From Candidatus Thalassarchaeum betae (GTDB lineage: Archaea > Thermoplasmatota > Poseidoniia > Poseidoniales > Thalassarchaeaceae), in assembly GCA_003193925.1 (NCBI GenBank), contig PSPG01000004.1:64001-128000 (forward strand): a stretch of 64,000 bases of DNA, in the 5' to 3' direction. The notes beneath the pieces are model-generated. The model made no database searches and was not told the DNA's origin. It worked only from the letters and a program-made list of their open reading frames with translations. Shown here one piece after another: positions 1 to 9,587 of the stretch. Both the position numbers and the translations under genes were made by a program. Each line of letters begins with the position of its first letter. Positions within the stretch are counted from its first letter, which is position 1.

Positions 1-1416
1 TCACAATACGGACAGATGACTGCTGGCTCTTACATGTACATAGGCCCTCAGGGAATAGTCCACGGGACTACAATAACCATCCTGAATGCTGCTAGGATGT
101 ACCTTGGCCTGACTACCGATGATGGACTTGGGGGCGTTATGTTCGTCACGTCGGGTTTGGGAGGCATGTCGGGAGCGCAGGCGAAAGCTGCTGTGATTAC
201 TGGGGCTGTAGCTGTTATTGCAGACTGCAATGAGTTCGCGGCCAAGAAGTGTTTCGAACAGGGCTGGCTATCCGAATTACACTACGACCTCGATGGAATC
301 ATTGACAGAGCCCTCGATGCCAAGCGGAACTGCGAGGCTGTGTCATTAGGTTACGTAGGCAATGTCGTAGACCTGTGGGAGGCTTTGTATGAACGGGGGG
401 TTTGTCCTGAACTGGGGAGCGATCAAACCAGTCTGCATAATCCATGGTTAGGAGGGTATATGCCTGCGGGCCTCAGTTACGACGAAGGACTGGAACTGCT
501 GGAGGCCGATCCCCCGAAATTTAGGGAAGCCGTCGAGGCATCGCTTGTCCGCCATGCTGATGCTGTGAACAAACTGACTAAATCTGGTATGCACTTCTGG
601 GATTATGGGAATGCATTCCTGCTCGAGGCTGGTAAAGCTGGTGCTGATGTGATGGCTCCTGATGGTGTTTCATTCCGCTATCCCTCTTATGTCGAGGACA
701 TTATGGGTCCGATGTGTTTTGATTTCGGATTCGGCCCTTTCCGATGGGTCTGCACATCCTGTTCTGATGAAGACTTGGCTGCAACTGACCGAATCGCAGC
801 CGACATACTGCGCCGTCTCGCACATATTGCGCCGGCGGAGACCAGGCTCCAGTATCTGGATAACCTGAGATGGATAGAGCAGGCCAGAGAGCACGGGCTT
901 GTAGTTGGCAGTAAAGCTAGGATCCTCTACGCCGACGAAATAGGTAGAAAGGCTATCGCCTCAGCTTTCAATCGAGCCATCTCAGAGGGAGTTGTTTCAG
1001 CGCCTATAGTCCTTGGAAGGGACCATCATGACGTGGGGGGGACGGATAGCCCTTATCGCGAGACTGCGAATATCAGGGATGGTTCGATGTTCACCGCCGA
1101 TATGTCGATACAGAATTTCGTCGGTGATGCCTTTAGAGGTGCTACGTGGGTCAGCCTCCACAATGGTGGTGGTGTTGGCTGGGGCGAAGCCATCAATGGT
1201 GGCTTCGGACTAATCATCGACGGTTCAGAGGATTCTGAGATGCGGATTCAGTCAGTGCTAGCGTGGGACGTCAATAACGGCATAGCAAGACGTGCATGGG
1301 CCCGCAATCCCGGTTCAATAGCAACGATCGAACAGGCAATGGGCAGAGAGCCTCTACTCGATGTTACCATGCCAAATTCAGTAGATTCAGAGATACTCAA
1401 CTCACATTTCAATTAG
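1..1416 (+). CDS. hutU: Urocanate hydratase (long form); 5'-partial, frame open from base 1
   Basis: GQMTAGSYMYIGPQGIVHGT, GLGGMSGAQ, SDQTSLHN, LGRDHHD, WVSLHNGGGVGWG motifs; upstream of hutH. Confidence 0.97.
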   Translation, partial: SQYGQMTAGSYMYIGPQGIVHGTTITILNAARMYLGLTTDDGLGGVMFVTSGLGGMSGAQAKAAVITGAVAVIADCNEFAAKKCFEQGWLSELHYDLDGIIDRALDAKRNCEAVSLGYVGNVVDLWEALYERGVCPELGSDQTSLHNPWLGGYMPAGLSYDEGLELLEADPPKFREAVEASLVRHADAVNKLTKSGMHFWDYGNAFLLEAGKAGADVMAPDGVSFRYPSYVEDIMGPMCFDFGFGPFRWVCTSCSDEDLAATDRIAADILRRLAHIAPAETRLQYLDNLRWIEQAREHGLVVGSKARILYADEIGRKAIASAFNRAISEGVVSAPIVLGRDHHDVGGTDSPYRETANIRDGSMFTADMSIQNFVGDAFRGATWVSLHNGGGVGWGEAINGGFGLIIDGSEDSEMRIQSVLAWDVNNGIARRAWARNPGSIATIEQAMGREPLLDVTMPNSVDSEILNSHFN

Positions 1417-1453
1417 CGCGATGTTCTAATTGGCGCATGCCCTGCGACGTTTG

Positions 1454-2989
1454 ATGCCTTTGCGCGTGATAGAGCTGGATGGCTCCTCCCTAGTAGTTGA
1501 AGATGTCATAGACGCAGGACGTGGTCTGGCTACAGTTTGTATCAGCGACTCGTCTAAAATCACGATGCAAGCTTCCAGAGAAGCCGTATTGAGGATACTC
1601 GATAGCGATAGGGTAGTCTATGGCATTAACACTGGCTTCGGGGCGTTGTCATCTGTTACGATCGACCCGACTCAACTGGAAGAGCTGCAACGCAATCTAA
1701 TCCGAAGTCATGCTTGTGGGGTCGGCGAACGCATGCACCCGGAACACGTGTTGATGATGATGGTCATTCGAGCCAATGCCATAGCCAAGGGCAACTCTGG
1801 CGCCAGAGTCGAACTGACAGAGTTACTGGCGTCGATGGTCAATCACAGAATCGCCCCCGTGATCCCCCGTATAGGCTCCCTGGGTGCTTCGGGAGATCTC
1901 GCTCCTCTGTCCCATCTGACACTCGGGTTAATCGGCGAGGGAGAATGTAACATCATAGGGGACAACGGCTCCTGGGAAGTTGTCCAATCCGACTCCGCAC
2001 TTCGCAGCGTCAGACTGGAGCCTTTAGTGCTCCAAGCCAAGGAAGGGCTGACTCTGATTAACGGGACTAGCCAGATGTGCACATATCTAGCGTTATGCGT
2101 GTCTAATCTTGACCATCTTCTTCTTGCAGCAGATGCTGCAATCTCTTGCTCGCTGGAGGCGATACGGGGTTCACACTCTCCCTTCGATCATCGAATCCAC
2201 GAAGCACGCCCCCAAGTCGGTCAATCGATATCGGCAGCCCGAATCAGCGCTCTCCTCGCTGATTCCAGAATCAATGATTCACATGCTGATTGCGATCGCG
2301 TCCAAGACGCATATTCGTTTAGGTGCTCACCACAGGTACACGGCCCGGTGATAGAACTGTTGCGGGAAACTCGCAGGATGCTCGAAATTGAACTGAATAG
2401 CGCTACAGACAACCCGCTCGTCTTCACCGATGGTAAGATGGATGATGTCATCAGCGGTGGCAACTTCCATGGTCAAAACCTTGCTCTTGCAAGCGATTAT
2501 CTGGCCATCGCATGTCATGAATTGGCTAGCATCTCCGAGCGGAGGATCAATCAGGTTCTAGACCCTCAGTGGAGCGGTCACAACGCTTTCTTGGCAAACC
2601 ATGAAGGTTTGGAAAGTGGCTTGATGATCATCCAGTATGTGGCTGCTGCACTAGTCGCTGAACTTCATTTGATGGCTCAGCCAGCTACTACGAGCAACGT
2701 ACCTGTCAGTTTAGGAAAGGAAGACCACGCATCGATGGGCGCCACGGGTACATACAGAACATTCAGAGCCACAGAGTTCCTCTCCCAGGTAATCGCAAAT
2801 GAGATGATTTGCTCCGCAGAAGCACTCGACAGAATAGTTGAGAGACCCGGCAAAGGGGTTGCTTGCGTGGCCGATTGGATTAGGTCACATGTCCCTCCTC
2901 TCGAAGCAGACAGGGGGATGACTGCGGACTGCGAGCGTCTTTCATCAGCCCTGTTGAAGGGAGAGTTGTCCTCCGCTTTGGGGGATTAG
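1454..2989 (+). CDS. hutH: Histidine ammonia-lyase
   Basis: VYGINTGFG, MIO-forming GSLGASGDLAPL, QDAYSFRC, SGGNFHG; start uncertain (1430/1454/1466). Confidence 0.96.
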   Translation: MPLRVIELDGSSLVVEDVIDAGRGLATVCISDSSKITMQASREAVLRILDSDRVVYGINTGFGALSSVTIDPTQLEELQRNLIRSHACGVGERMHPEHVLMMMVIRANAIAKGNSGARVELTELLASMVNHRIAPVIPRIGSLGASGDLAPLSHLTLGLIGEGECNIIGDNGSWEVVQSDSALRSVRLEPLVLQAKEGLTLINGTSQMCTYLALCVSNLDHLLLAADAAISCSLEAIRGSHSPFDHRIHEARPQVGQSISAARISALLADSRINDSHADCDRVQDAYSFRCSPQVHGPVIELLRETRRMLEIELNSATDNPLVFTDGKMDDVISGGNFHGQNLALASDYLAIACHELASISERRINQVLDPQWSGHNAFLANHEGLESGLMIIQYVAAALVAELHLMAQPATTSNVPVSLGKEDHASMGATGTYRTFRATEFLSQVIANEMICSAEALDRIVERPGKGVACVADWIRSHVPPLEADRGMTADCERLSSALLKGELSSALGD

Positions 2990-3721
2990 ATGCAAGAAAG
3001 GCTGCACATGTCCCATCATCCCGGGACCGATCCACCCCCCTTCGAGGCCTCGGTAATCGACGTAACAGACGATTCGCTGATTCTGTCTCAATCGTACTGT
3101 TACCCCCGTGGAGGCGGTCAACCCGGTGATACAGGGTTATTCATTCATGACGGGATTGGAAGGGGGTTCTCCGAGACCCTCGGTGGAGAGTTTATCCGCC
3201 ACCCAGTCGATGAGATTACTGATTTCTCAGTGGGGGACGAAGTCAGGTGCGTGATTGACGGTGAGCGGCGGAACAGACATGCCAAGATGCACACCGCCCA
3301 GCACATCATCTCAGCTTTGGCTGATGACTTATGGGGTGCGGAGACGGTTGGTAATCAAATCAGCACAGAATACACCAGAATCGACTTCCTGTTCCCGAAC
3401 AGGGACGAATACGACTCCGAAACCCTGGCTGATGCTGTGAATTCGGTCATAGGCTCCGGAACCCTCGTTAGCGTACATGAATGGCCTAGAGATGCCGTGA
3501 GGGAGCACGAGCATATGCGGCACACGAATTTCATGGAGAGGATTCCCTCCTTCATCACGGAACTGAGAGTCGTTGAGATAGAGGGGATCGACCTTTGTCC
3601 GTGCGCAGGTACCCATGTTGGCTCAACTAATGATATAGAGCCCATCGTCATAACCAATGTCAAATCTAAGGGCGCTGGAAAATTCAGGATCACCTATCAG
3701 TTTGAAAATGAAACATTATAG
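2990..3721 (+). CDS. alaX: Alanyl-tRNA editing protein AlaX-M
   Basis: YPRGGGQPGDTG, Zn ligands HTAQH and CAGTH; about 240 aa stand-alone editing domain. Confidence 0.92.
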   Translation: MQERLHMSHHPGTDPPPFEASVIDVTDDSLILSQSYCYPRGGGQPGDTGLFIHDGIGRGFSETLGGEFIRHPVDEITDFSVGDEVRCVIDGERRNRHAKMHTAQHIISALADDLWGAETVGNQISTEYTRIDFLFPNRDEYDSETLADAVNSVIGSGTLVSVHEWPRDAVREHEHMRHTNFMERIPSFITELRVVEIEGIDLCPCAGTHVGSTNDIEPIVITNVKSKGAGKFRITYQFENETL

Positions 3722-3736
3722 GTACCTAACTATTAG

Positions 3737-3809
3737 TGGGCTCGGCAGGAATTGAACCTGCGATCTTCGCCATGTCAAGGCGACGTCATAACCCCTAGAC
3801 CACGAGCCC
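3737..3809 (-). tRNA. tRNA-Val(GAC), no intron, CCA not encoded
   Basis: Reverse complement GGGCTCG...TCGCC-TTGACAT-GGCGA...GGTTCAATTCC...CGAGCCC-A folds as a cloverleaf. Confidence 0.97.
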
Positions 3810-3861
3810 TAGAGAATTCGACCTAGGAGGGAGTTGCAAATGAAGCATTCTCTAGATGCAA

Positions 3862-4017
3862 TTAACCGACAATCTTCGAAATTCTCCCATCACATCCGTA
3901 ATTGGAACAGCTACCAGACAAACGAGTTCGGCCATTGCTCATGACTATCTTCTTCGCATTCAATATACGGCAGTAGGTCTTGCACTTGAGGCAGAAACCC
4001 ATTTCCTGGCCGTCCAC
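3862..4017 (-). CDS. Small Zn-ribbon protein, DUF5679-like (51 aa from GTG, 46 aa from ATG 4002); not in ORF track
   Basis: Hand translation MDGQEMGFCLKCKTYCRILNAKKIVMSNGRTRLSGSCSNYGCDGRISKIVG; CxxC...MSNGR...CxxxxC pattern. Confidence 0.8.
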   Translation of the reverse strand: MDGQEMGFCLKCKTYCRILNAKKIVMSNGRTRLSGSCSNYGCDGRISKIVG

Positions 4018-4141
4018 GAACGTGGATCTGTGATTTCGTATTCAATGCATCTCCGAGGGGGGATTCAAAGTATAATATTCAATGATATACTCAAATCGAT
4101 GTACTACGACTCTGTTATCAACATTTTTCAGGATAAGTTTT

Positions 4142-4161
4142 CCGATAAGTGCTCTTATCGG
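4142..4161. promoter_or_regulatory. Perfect 8-4-8 inverted repeat in AT-rich intergenic DNA, candidate operator
   Basis: CCGATAAG-TGCT-CTTATCGG. Confidence 0.4.
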
Positions 4162-4283
4162 TCACATGACACACGGTAAGATACACTGTCACGAGATAAA
4201 CAGACTGGATTCGCTACGCAGATGTTGAAAAATTATCTTCATAGTACTTATTAACTGTAAAAATGAGAATAGGTTTGTAGTCA

Positions 4284-5567
4284 TTAGGGAGAATTTACAA
4301 TAAAGCCGTCGATAATGGAATGCGATATCGGATTCTCCCCCGGAGTCTGACACCAACCATCGACCGATTCGGACCACAGAATGTTCAGATCAGCCCGTGA
4401 GCCCACAGCGAGGGTGCCACTGACATCGGAACCTCGCAGTGTGGTGGCTGGGTTCCTAGTCACACTGACCAGTGCTGCGAGTGGATCGATCCCCATGCGA
4501 TTGGAAGCTAGGTTGCCGATGAATGGGATGGAGAGGATACGACAATTGGGATTGAAGTCTGTTGCGAGGGAGAATGCCCACCCTTCCTCCATGCAAGTCT
4601 GAACAGGCAGGTCCAGAGACGCTCCCATGACGTAGGGAGTTCCCGGAAGGAAGGTCTGCATAGTGCCACTGTCCGAAGCGGCCTTACGTGCATCGAGCCC
4701 GGATTTTGCGACGTGGTCTGCACTGACTGCTCCAATGTCAGCAGCAAGTGCCAGTCCACCTGAGTCCTCAAACTCGTCCACGTGTAGCCTGGCGGGTAAT
4801 CCAAGTTCCTTGGAAGCCAGGACGATCGCCTCTGTCTCATCCGTGCTGAACCATCCGGGCTCACAGAACACATCGGCCCAAAGTGCGATACCTTGATCCA
4901 TGACGCTTGGCAGTTGCTCAGATATCAATTGATCGAGATACTCTGACCTGGTGCAATCAGAGGGGAAATCGTGACCACCTAGCCAAGTGGGGAACAGATT
5001 CACCCTAGTGTGTCTGCTTAACTCATCTACAGCCTCCAGAAGCCTCAGTTCAGATTCCACACTGAGTCCATATCCGCTCTTGACCTCCATCGAGGTGGTT
5101 CCCAGTGAAGATGCATAATCCAACCTGCTCATGCCCACTGAAAGCAAATCCTCGATTGACATGGATCGCGTGCTTGCCACGGTCTTCGCTATACCGCCAC
5201 CGAGTTCTGCTATCTGACGATAAGTCAGTCCGGACTGTCTGAGTCTCATTTCCGAGGAACGATCCCCGCCCCATAGCAAGTGAGTATGCGAGTCGACGAA
5301 ACCGGGAACGATTGCACGACCACCAGCATCAACCACGGACAGTTCGGCAGAAATGTCTCTTTGCCCGTCCCAGCCCGGTGCGTATTCCGCGATCAGAGAT
5401 TGAGAGTCTGTAATCTGGACGATAATGCCTCTTTCGATCAAAATACCCTGTCCGGGAGGATATATGTTGTTACTGCGGTCTGACATGTCATCCCCGGTAA
5501 GCGGTTCACGGACGTCTCCCAGGCAGAGATGGGCTAGCTCACCGGAGTTCACAATAAGCGTCCGCAT
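4284..5567 (-). CDS. hutI: Imidazolonepropionase
   Basis: PGFVDSHTH, EVKSGYGL, DVFCEPG, LHVDEF, LATDFNP; start set at MRTLIV to avoid overlap with kae1. Confidence 0.95.
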   Translation of the reverse strand: MRTLIVNSGELAHLCLGDVREPLTGDDMSDRSNNIYPPGQGILIERGIIVQITDSQSLIAEYAPGWDGQRDISAELSVVDAGGRAIVPGFVDSHTHLLWGGDRSSEMRLRQSGLTYRQIAELGGGIAKTVASTRSMSIEDLLSVGMSRLDYASSLGTTSMEVKSGYGLSVESELRLLEAVDELSRHTRVNLFPTWLGGHDFPSDCTRSEYLDQLISEQLPSVMDQGIALWADVFCEPGWFSTDETEAIVLASKELGLPARLHVDEFEDSGGLALAADIGAVSADHVAKSGLDARKAASDSGTMQTFLPGTPYVMGASLDLPVQTCMEEGWAFSLATDFNPNCRILSIPFIGNLASNRMGIDPLAALVSVTRNPATTLRGSDVSGTLAVGSRADLNILWSESVDGWCQTPGENPISHSIIDGFIVNSP

Positions 5568-5616
5568 GAGCCGCGACAGCCATGATGCTTGAAAGGACTG
5601 TCTGCCTCGAAGGCAC

Positions 5617-6627
5617 ATGAGCGCGGTGATACTGGGCATCGAGAGCACGGCCCATACCCTTTCCTTTGGATTTGTTGACGTGGAAGGTGTTGCCTATCCC
5701 TCCGAATCTGCCGTATTCAAGCCTGAAGAGGGCGGTATCCACCCCAGAGAGGCTGCTGATCATCATTCCAAAGTCGCTGGTGAATTACTGAAGAGGTTCA
5801 TGGAGACCCACGAATTGTCACGGAGGGATATCGATGCAGTCGCTTTTAGCCAAGGCCCGGGATTGGGCCCGTGCCTGAGAGTAGGGGCTTCCATCGCAAG
5901 ATCCCTCTCTCATTCTTGGAATATCCCCCTAGTAGGCGTGAACCACTGTGTCGCCCATATTGAGATCGGCAGGAGTCAGACTGGCTGTGATGACCCTGTA
6001 TTGCTGTATGTGAGCGGTGGTAACACCCAAGTGATCGCGCGTGCTAACGAAAGGTACCGCGTACTCGGCGAAACCCTCGACATCGGTATTGGCAACATGC
6101 TGGACAAGTTCGCCCGCGCTCAAGGAATCCCGTTTCCGGGCGGACCAGAAATTGAGCGACTCGCAGCTGCTTGGACCGCTGACACGCCCGGTGCTGAATT
6201 AAGCGGCGTATCCCTCCCATACGGAGTCCAGGGGATGGATCTCACATTCTCGGGAATTCTGACTGCAGCACAGCAGAAGACATTGGACGGTAATCCACTG
6301 AGAGAGGTGTGCTGGTCCTTGCAAGAGCATTCCTTCGCCGCTTGTGTAGAAGTTGCAGAAAGGGCCATGGCCCACACCGGTAAGGAGGAGTTGTTACTGG
6401 GTGGGGGGGTTGCATGCAACGAGAGATTGAGGGAGATGTCGCAAATTATGTGCGGAGAGAGAGGAGGAGAATCGTTCTGGCCTGCAAGGCCCTTCTGTGT
6501 TGACAACGGAACCATGATTGCCGAGCTCGGTCGGCGTATGATTGACTCCGGAACGATAACTTCACTCACGAACAGCGCGGTGTCACCCGGACTGCGCACG
6601 GATCACACCATCGTCACATGGGATTGA
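5617..6627 (+). CDS. kae1: t6A threonylcarbamoyltransferase Kae1 (KEOPS), not fused to Bud32
   Basis: LGIESTAH, GGIHPREAADHH, VNHCVAHIE, LYVSGGNTQ, CVDNGTMIA. Confidence 0.96.
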   Translation: MSAVILGIESTAHTLSFGFVDVEGVAYPSESAVFKPEEGGIHPREAADHHSKVAGELLKRFMETHELSRRDIDAVAFSQGPGLGPCLRVGASIARSLSHSWNIPLVGVNHCVAHIEIGRSQTGCDDPVLLYVSGGNTQVIARANERYRVLGETLDIGIGNMLDKFARAQGIPFPGGPEIERLAAAWTADTPGAELSGVSLPYGVQGMDLTFSGILTAAQQKTLDGNPLREVCWSLQEHSFAACVEVAERAMAHTGKEELLLGGGVACNERLREMSQIMCGERGGESFWPARPFCVDNGTMIAELGRRMIDSGTITSLTNSAVSPGLRTDHTIVTWD

Positions 6628-6692
6628 TACCGGCCAACCGAGAACACTTATGAGAGTCTGTTGCTCGCCATGGGACGGAGTCTGATTATCTA

Positions 6693-7457
6693 GTGCAGAG
6701 GCGACGTCGACCTAAGGCCGCTGGTTCACAGACCAAGCCGGCAAAGAAAGAGGAACCCAAGCCGCGGAAGACGCAATCCAGTGCCCCGGGGCCCGTGCCC
6801 GGACCGCCTCCCGCTATTGGTATCAAACCAGAACCCGGCTCTATTCCTGACGAGGCAGGACAAGCACCTCAGGAAGTATCGCCCGAACCTATACCCACTG
6901 AAGACGAAGAGTCTGTGGTTCAGAGTCAGATTCTTGGCGGTCCGAAGAGGAAATCCATCGGATTGCAGCCGATCACGGATGCAAGGCCCACCGAAACCCA
7001 AGTTCAATCCATCAGCCCCAAAGCACAGGAGCTGATTGAGGAGAGCAGGCATAAAGCAAGCCAATCTGAGGAAGAGTCTGACGGAGAGTCCGATGAGACT
7101 GAAGAAGAGAATGAAAAGCCTGTTGTCGTTATACCGAGGCCCGTAACCCCGGTGGTAGTAGTCACTAGGAAGTTCAGACGTCGCAGACGCATCTTCCAGG
7201 CTGCAAATCGTGCCAAGCGCCTCGATAGGAGCAGACACATGGAGTACAAATACGAAGTTCGTGGACTGATGGATGAGATTGGGATCCTCGACGAACACCG
7301 TTCCAACATACTCGGCTCAATCTGGGCCAAGGGTGAGAGGCAGACCGTTTCGGATGCCAAGGAATACCTCGAGGGAAAGTTATCGGAGGGGATAATCACC
7401 GAAGACCAACTGTCGAGACTTTGCGCGGTCATCGATGACTACACCATCAGGAGGTGA
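6693..7457 (+). CDS. Hypothetical protein; disordered Pro/Glu-rich N-terminus, Arg-rich linker, globular C-terminal domain
   Basis: Long ORF filling the kae1-slyD gap; its stop lies inside the slyD SD. Confidence 0.75.
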   Translation: MQRRRRPKAAGSQTKPAKKEEPKPRKTQSSAPGPVPGPPPAIGIKPEPGSIPDEAGQAPQEVSPEPIPTEDEESVVQSQILGGPKRKSIGLQPITDARPTETQVQSISPKAQELIEESRHKASQSEEESDGESDETEEENEKPVVVIPRPVTPVVVVTRKFRRRRRIFQAANRAKRLDRSRHMEYKYEVRGLMDEIGILDEHRSNILGSIWAKGERQTVSDAKEYLEGKLSEGIITEDQLSRLCAVIDDYTIRR

Positions 7458-7461
7458 TAGA

Positions 7462-7950
7462 GTGGCAATAGTTGAGCGGGATGTCGTAGTTACCGTGCAT
7501 TACACAGGAACCTTCGCTGACTCTAACGAGGTGTTTGATACCAGTGATGGCAGACAGCCTCTCGGCTTCCTAGTCGGTCACGGTAACATGATTGAAGGAT
7601 TCGAACGGGAGCTCATCGGGGCTGCCGTCGGGGAGACTAGGGAGTTTACACTGACACCAGACAAAGCGTATGGGGAGCGTGACGAGGACGCAATCCAGTC
7701 GGTTCCACGCGGACAGTTTCCCCCGGACCTACCTTTGAAGGTCGGTGAGGTTGTGGGGGCGCAGAGTGATCACGGGCCCGTCCAGTTCACTGTGACGGCC
7801 ATTGACGACGACAACGTAACTATTGATTTGAATCATCAAATGGCTGGGATGACCCTCAGATTCAGCGTCGAAGTCATTTCAATCCGACCAGCCCATCCAG
7901 AGGAGCTCGCTCACGGCCACGCACATGGACCCGGGCAGCACCATCACTAG
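7462..7950 (+). CDS. slyD: FKBP-type peptidyl-prolyl isomerase SlyD with His-rich tail
   Basis: VHYTG, FDTS, GFERELIG, AYGE, DLNHQMAG, tail HGHAHGPGQHHH; GGAGGTGA SD before GTG 7462. Confidence 0.95.
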   Translation: MAIVERDVVVTVHYTGTFADSNEVFDTSDGRQPLGFLVGHGNMIEGFERELIGAAVGETREFTLTPDKAYGERDEDAIQSVPRGQFPPDLPLKVGEVVGAQSDHGPVQFTVTAIDDDNVTIDLNHQMAGMTLRFSVEVISIRPAHPEELAHGHAHGPGQHHH

Positions 7951-8015
7951 CACATTGTTCATGGGCGAATCCCACCTCCCAAGAGCGAACGATGCGCGAG
8001 AGTAGATCGAAAACT

Positions 8016-9587
8016 ATGAGTGGGCTGCCAAGATCCGACGTGCCGACGTCTGATGGAGCCTTATCAGCGGGACATCCTGAGGAAGGGCACCCTCTGCCGG
8101 GTCAACCACCTTACACGCGGGGCATTCACGCTGAGATGTACAAGAGGAAACTCTGGACCATGCGCCAATACGCTGGCTACTCCACTGCTCAGGAGACGAA
8201 CGAGAGATTCAGAATGCTCCTCGATGAGGGACAGACCGGGCTCTCGGTGGCATTTGACTTACCGACTCAATTGGGACTGGACTCCGACCACCTCAATTCA
8301 CTAGGTGAAGTCGGAAAGGTCGGTGTTGCAATAGACACCATTGAAGACATGCGGGCGTTGTTCGATTCGATTGACCTAAGCGCGGTGTCCACCTCCATGA
8401 CAATCAATGCACCTGCAACCACTCTTCTCGCGATGTACGTGGCAGTTGCCGATGATCAGGGGGTGGAAAGGTCCGCGATCAGAGGCACCGTTCAGAATGA
8501 CATCCTAAAGGAGTACATCGCACGAGGGCTGTACATTTATCCCCCGAGTCACTCAATGAGGCTGACAACCGATCTTATGGAATGGTGCAAGGACAATGCA
8601 CCCAATTGGAACACTATCTCAGTTAGTGGTTATCATATGAGGGAAGCTGGATGCACTGCTGTTGAAGAAGTGGGGCTCACACTGTCAAATGCCCTGCAAT
8701 ATGCCCGAACGGCGATAGATGCAGGTCTATTCATCGATGACTTCGCCCCCAGGATGTCCTTCTTCTTCAGTTCACATAACGACCTACTCGAGGAGGTGGC
8801 CAAGTTTCGAGCTGCTAGAGGTTTGTGGCACGAACTGGTTAATCGGGAGTTCAATCCCGAACACTCGAGATCCAGCCAATTAAGATTCCACACACAGACG
8901 GCTGGAGTCACCCTCACAGCCCAGCAACCCCTCAACAATGCTGTGAGAGTAGCATATCAGGCACTCGCAGCGGTGCTTGGTGGAACCCAGTCCCTGCACA
9001 CCAACAGTTTCGACGAAGCTATCGGCCTGCCTACAGCAGAATCTGTTAAGATAGCTCTCCGCACACAACAGATCATCGCTGATGAGACCGGAGTCGCCGA
9101 TTCTGTCGACCCCTTGGCGGGTTCGTATCTCGTTGAAGAGATGACCTCTAAGATTTTCTCCGAGGCAAGAATCCTGGTTGACGAAATCGACTCTCGCGGA
9201 GGTGCGTTGGAATGTGTGAAATCTGGGTATCAGCAGAAGATAATCCATGAGAGCGCGTGGACCCACTTGCAGGAGCTGGAGAGTGGGGGGCTCTCTGTGA
9301 TAGGTATCAATGCCCATGTTGAGGAAGATAATGTTTCAAGCACTCATGGGCAGAAACTCGACACTGATGCTGTCAGAGAGCAACTGGAGTCATTGCAATC
9401 ACTGAAGGACTCTAGGGATACCGAAAGCGTTCTCAAAGCTCTAGAACGCCTTAGGGAGGCATGCGAGGGAATGCAGAATGTCATGGACCCCCTGATTCAT
9501 GCTGTGAAGGAAGGAGCGACTGTCGGCGAGGTCAATGGGGTGATGAGAGAGGTTTTCGGGACATGGATGGCACCTAGTGGGGTGTGA
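8016..9587 (+). CDS. mcmA1: Methylmalonyl-CoA mutase, substrate-binding subunit (no B12-binding domain)
   Basis: PYTRG, WTMRQYAG, GLSVAFDLPTQ, QNDILKEYIARG, SLHTNSFDEA. Confidence 0.95.
   Translation: MSGLPRSDVPTSDGALSAGHPEEGHPLPGQPPYTRGIHAEMYKRKLWTMRQYAGYSTAQETNERFRMLLDEGQTGLSVAFDLPTQLGLDSDHLNSLGEVGKVGVAIDTIEDMRALFDSIDLSAVSTSMTINAPATTLLAMYVAVADDQGVERSAIRGTVQNDILKEYIARGLYIYPPSHSMRLTTDLMEWCKDNAPNWNTISVSGYHMREAGCTAVEEVGLTLSNALQYARTAIDAGLFIDDFAPRMSFFFSSHNDLLEEVAKFRAARGLWHELVNREFNPEHSRSSQLRFHTQTAGVTLTAQQPLNNAVRVAYQALAAVLGGTQSLHTNSFDEAIGLPTAESVKIALRTQQIIADETGVADSVDPLAGSYLVEEMTSKIFSEARILVDEIDSRGGALECVKSGYQQKIIHESAWTHLQELESGGLSVIGINAHVEEDNVSSTHGQKLDTDAVREQLESLQSLKDSRDTESVLKALERLREACEGMQNVMDPLIHAVKEGATVGEVNGVMREVFGTWMAPSGV

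Noticed and set aside
3737-3809. tRNA-Val (or tRNA-Pro at 56282) as the att site of an integrated element
   Set aside because: No integrase and no duplicated tRNA 3' end seen in the window
3856-4179. 107-aa + strand ORF
   Set aside because: No recognisable motif; it is the antisense shadow of the Zn-ribbon gene plus AT-rich spacer
4020-4283. Replication origin
   Set aside because: AT-rich, but no ORB-like repeats recognised and no adjacent cdc6/orc1
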